Of a stretch of DNA of 33,016 bases, positions 32,602-33,016 are shown piece after piece. Below the pieces are notes generated by a model. The model worked only from the letters and a program-made list of their open reading frames with translations. It did no database searches and was not told where the DNA came from. Numbering within the stretch: position 1 is the first letter of the stretch; every line of letters begins with the position of its first letter. This DNA comes from Thraustochytrium aureum (taxonomy: Eukaryota), in NCBI GenBank assembly GCA_012862495.1, contig BLSG01000167.1, positions 37,165 to 70,180 of the forward strand, given 5' to 3'. A program made the translations under genes and the position numbers.

Positions 32602-33016
32602 TCAAAGCATTCGGCCAACATGCTGTGCTGGGTATTGGCCGTTCTGTTCGTACACGTTCGGGTATGGCTGCATTTGCTGCTGCGCATTTGGGTATTGCTG
32701 CATCTGCTGCTGCGCGTTTGGGTATTGCTGCATCTGCTGCTGCGCGTTTGGGTATTGCTGCAGCTGCTGCTGCGCGTAGCTGTTTTGGCCGCGCCGGTAC
32801 GCGAAAAATCCAACAAGAGCGACGGCAGCAAGGCCAATGCCAACAAGAGCGCCGGATGAGACTCCTCCATCAGAGCTGCCGCCGTCGGTGTTGCCGCCGT
32901 CAGTATTGCCGCCGTCGGTGTCGCCGCCAACAGCCGTGATCTCGACGTCGGCGCACGAGTTGTAAAACTCGCCGCCGTTGAACTCCCACCACCACATGAA
33001 CGTGTACACACCAGAC
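32602..33016 (-). CDS. 5'-partial type I membrane protein; ectodomain ends like an LPMO (copper monooxygenase) beta-sandwich; Gln/Tyr/Pro-rich cytoplasmic tail
   Basis: SGVYTFMWWWEFNGGEFYNSCADVEI, then a Gly/Asp linker (DGGNT repeats), TM ALVGIGLAAVALVGFFAY, stop-transfer RR and (YPNAQQQMQQ)n. The frame is open to the window edge. Confidence 0.65.
   Translation of the reverse strand, partial: SGVYTFMWWWEFNGGEFYNSCADVEITAVGGDTDGGNTDGGNTDGGSSDGGVSSGALVGIGLAAVALVGFFAYRRGQNSYAQQQLQQYPNAQQQMQQYPNAQQQMQQYPNAQQQMQPYPNVYEQNGQYPAQHVGRML
32661..32777. repeat. 30-nt coding minisatellite, ~4 copies
   Basis: Unit GGTATTGCTGCATCTGCTGCTGCGCGTTTG starting at 32661, 32691, 32721 and 32751. It encodes NAQQQMQQYP on the minus strand. 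Confidence 0.9.

Noticed and set aside
32661..32777. 30-nt repeats as a CRISPR array
   Set aside because: Units are directly adjacent with no spacers, lie in frame within a CDS, and the context is eukaryotic with no cas genes.

Overview
GC-rich eukaryotic genomic DNA from a draft assembly with eight N-gaps. It is compact and intron-poor, with short 56-89 nt GT-AG introns carrying GTAAGT donors and CTRAC branch points. The gene content looks protist or stramenopile-like, possibly a thraustochytrid, but that is inference only. About 15 protein genes are present: two hypotheticals, an N-myristoylated ankyrin/NZF/U-box E3 ligase, two glutaredoxin-DEP-DUF547 paralogs, quinolinate phosphoribosyltransferase, a CNBD-containing K+ channel, an IMP1/IMP2-like protein, an intron-containing MmpL-type RND transporter, an RNF121-like RING E3, three tandem paralogs of an unrecognised ~11-TM protein, a GH5 endoglucanase and the 3' end of an LPMO-like type I membrane protein. 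At least seven single-base frameshifts sit in homopolymer runs and look like sequencing errors. The best leads are the MmpL transporter with an inserted Cys-rich module spaced like that of violaxanthin de-epoxidase, the three-gene uncharacterised membrane family, the IMP1-like protein outside Apicomplexa, and the adjacent surface-anchored GH5 + LPMO-like pair. No rRNA, tRNA, CRISPR array or mobile element was recognised.
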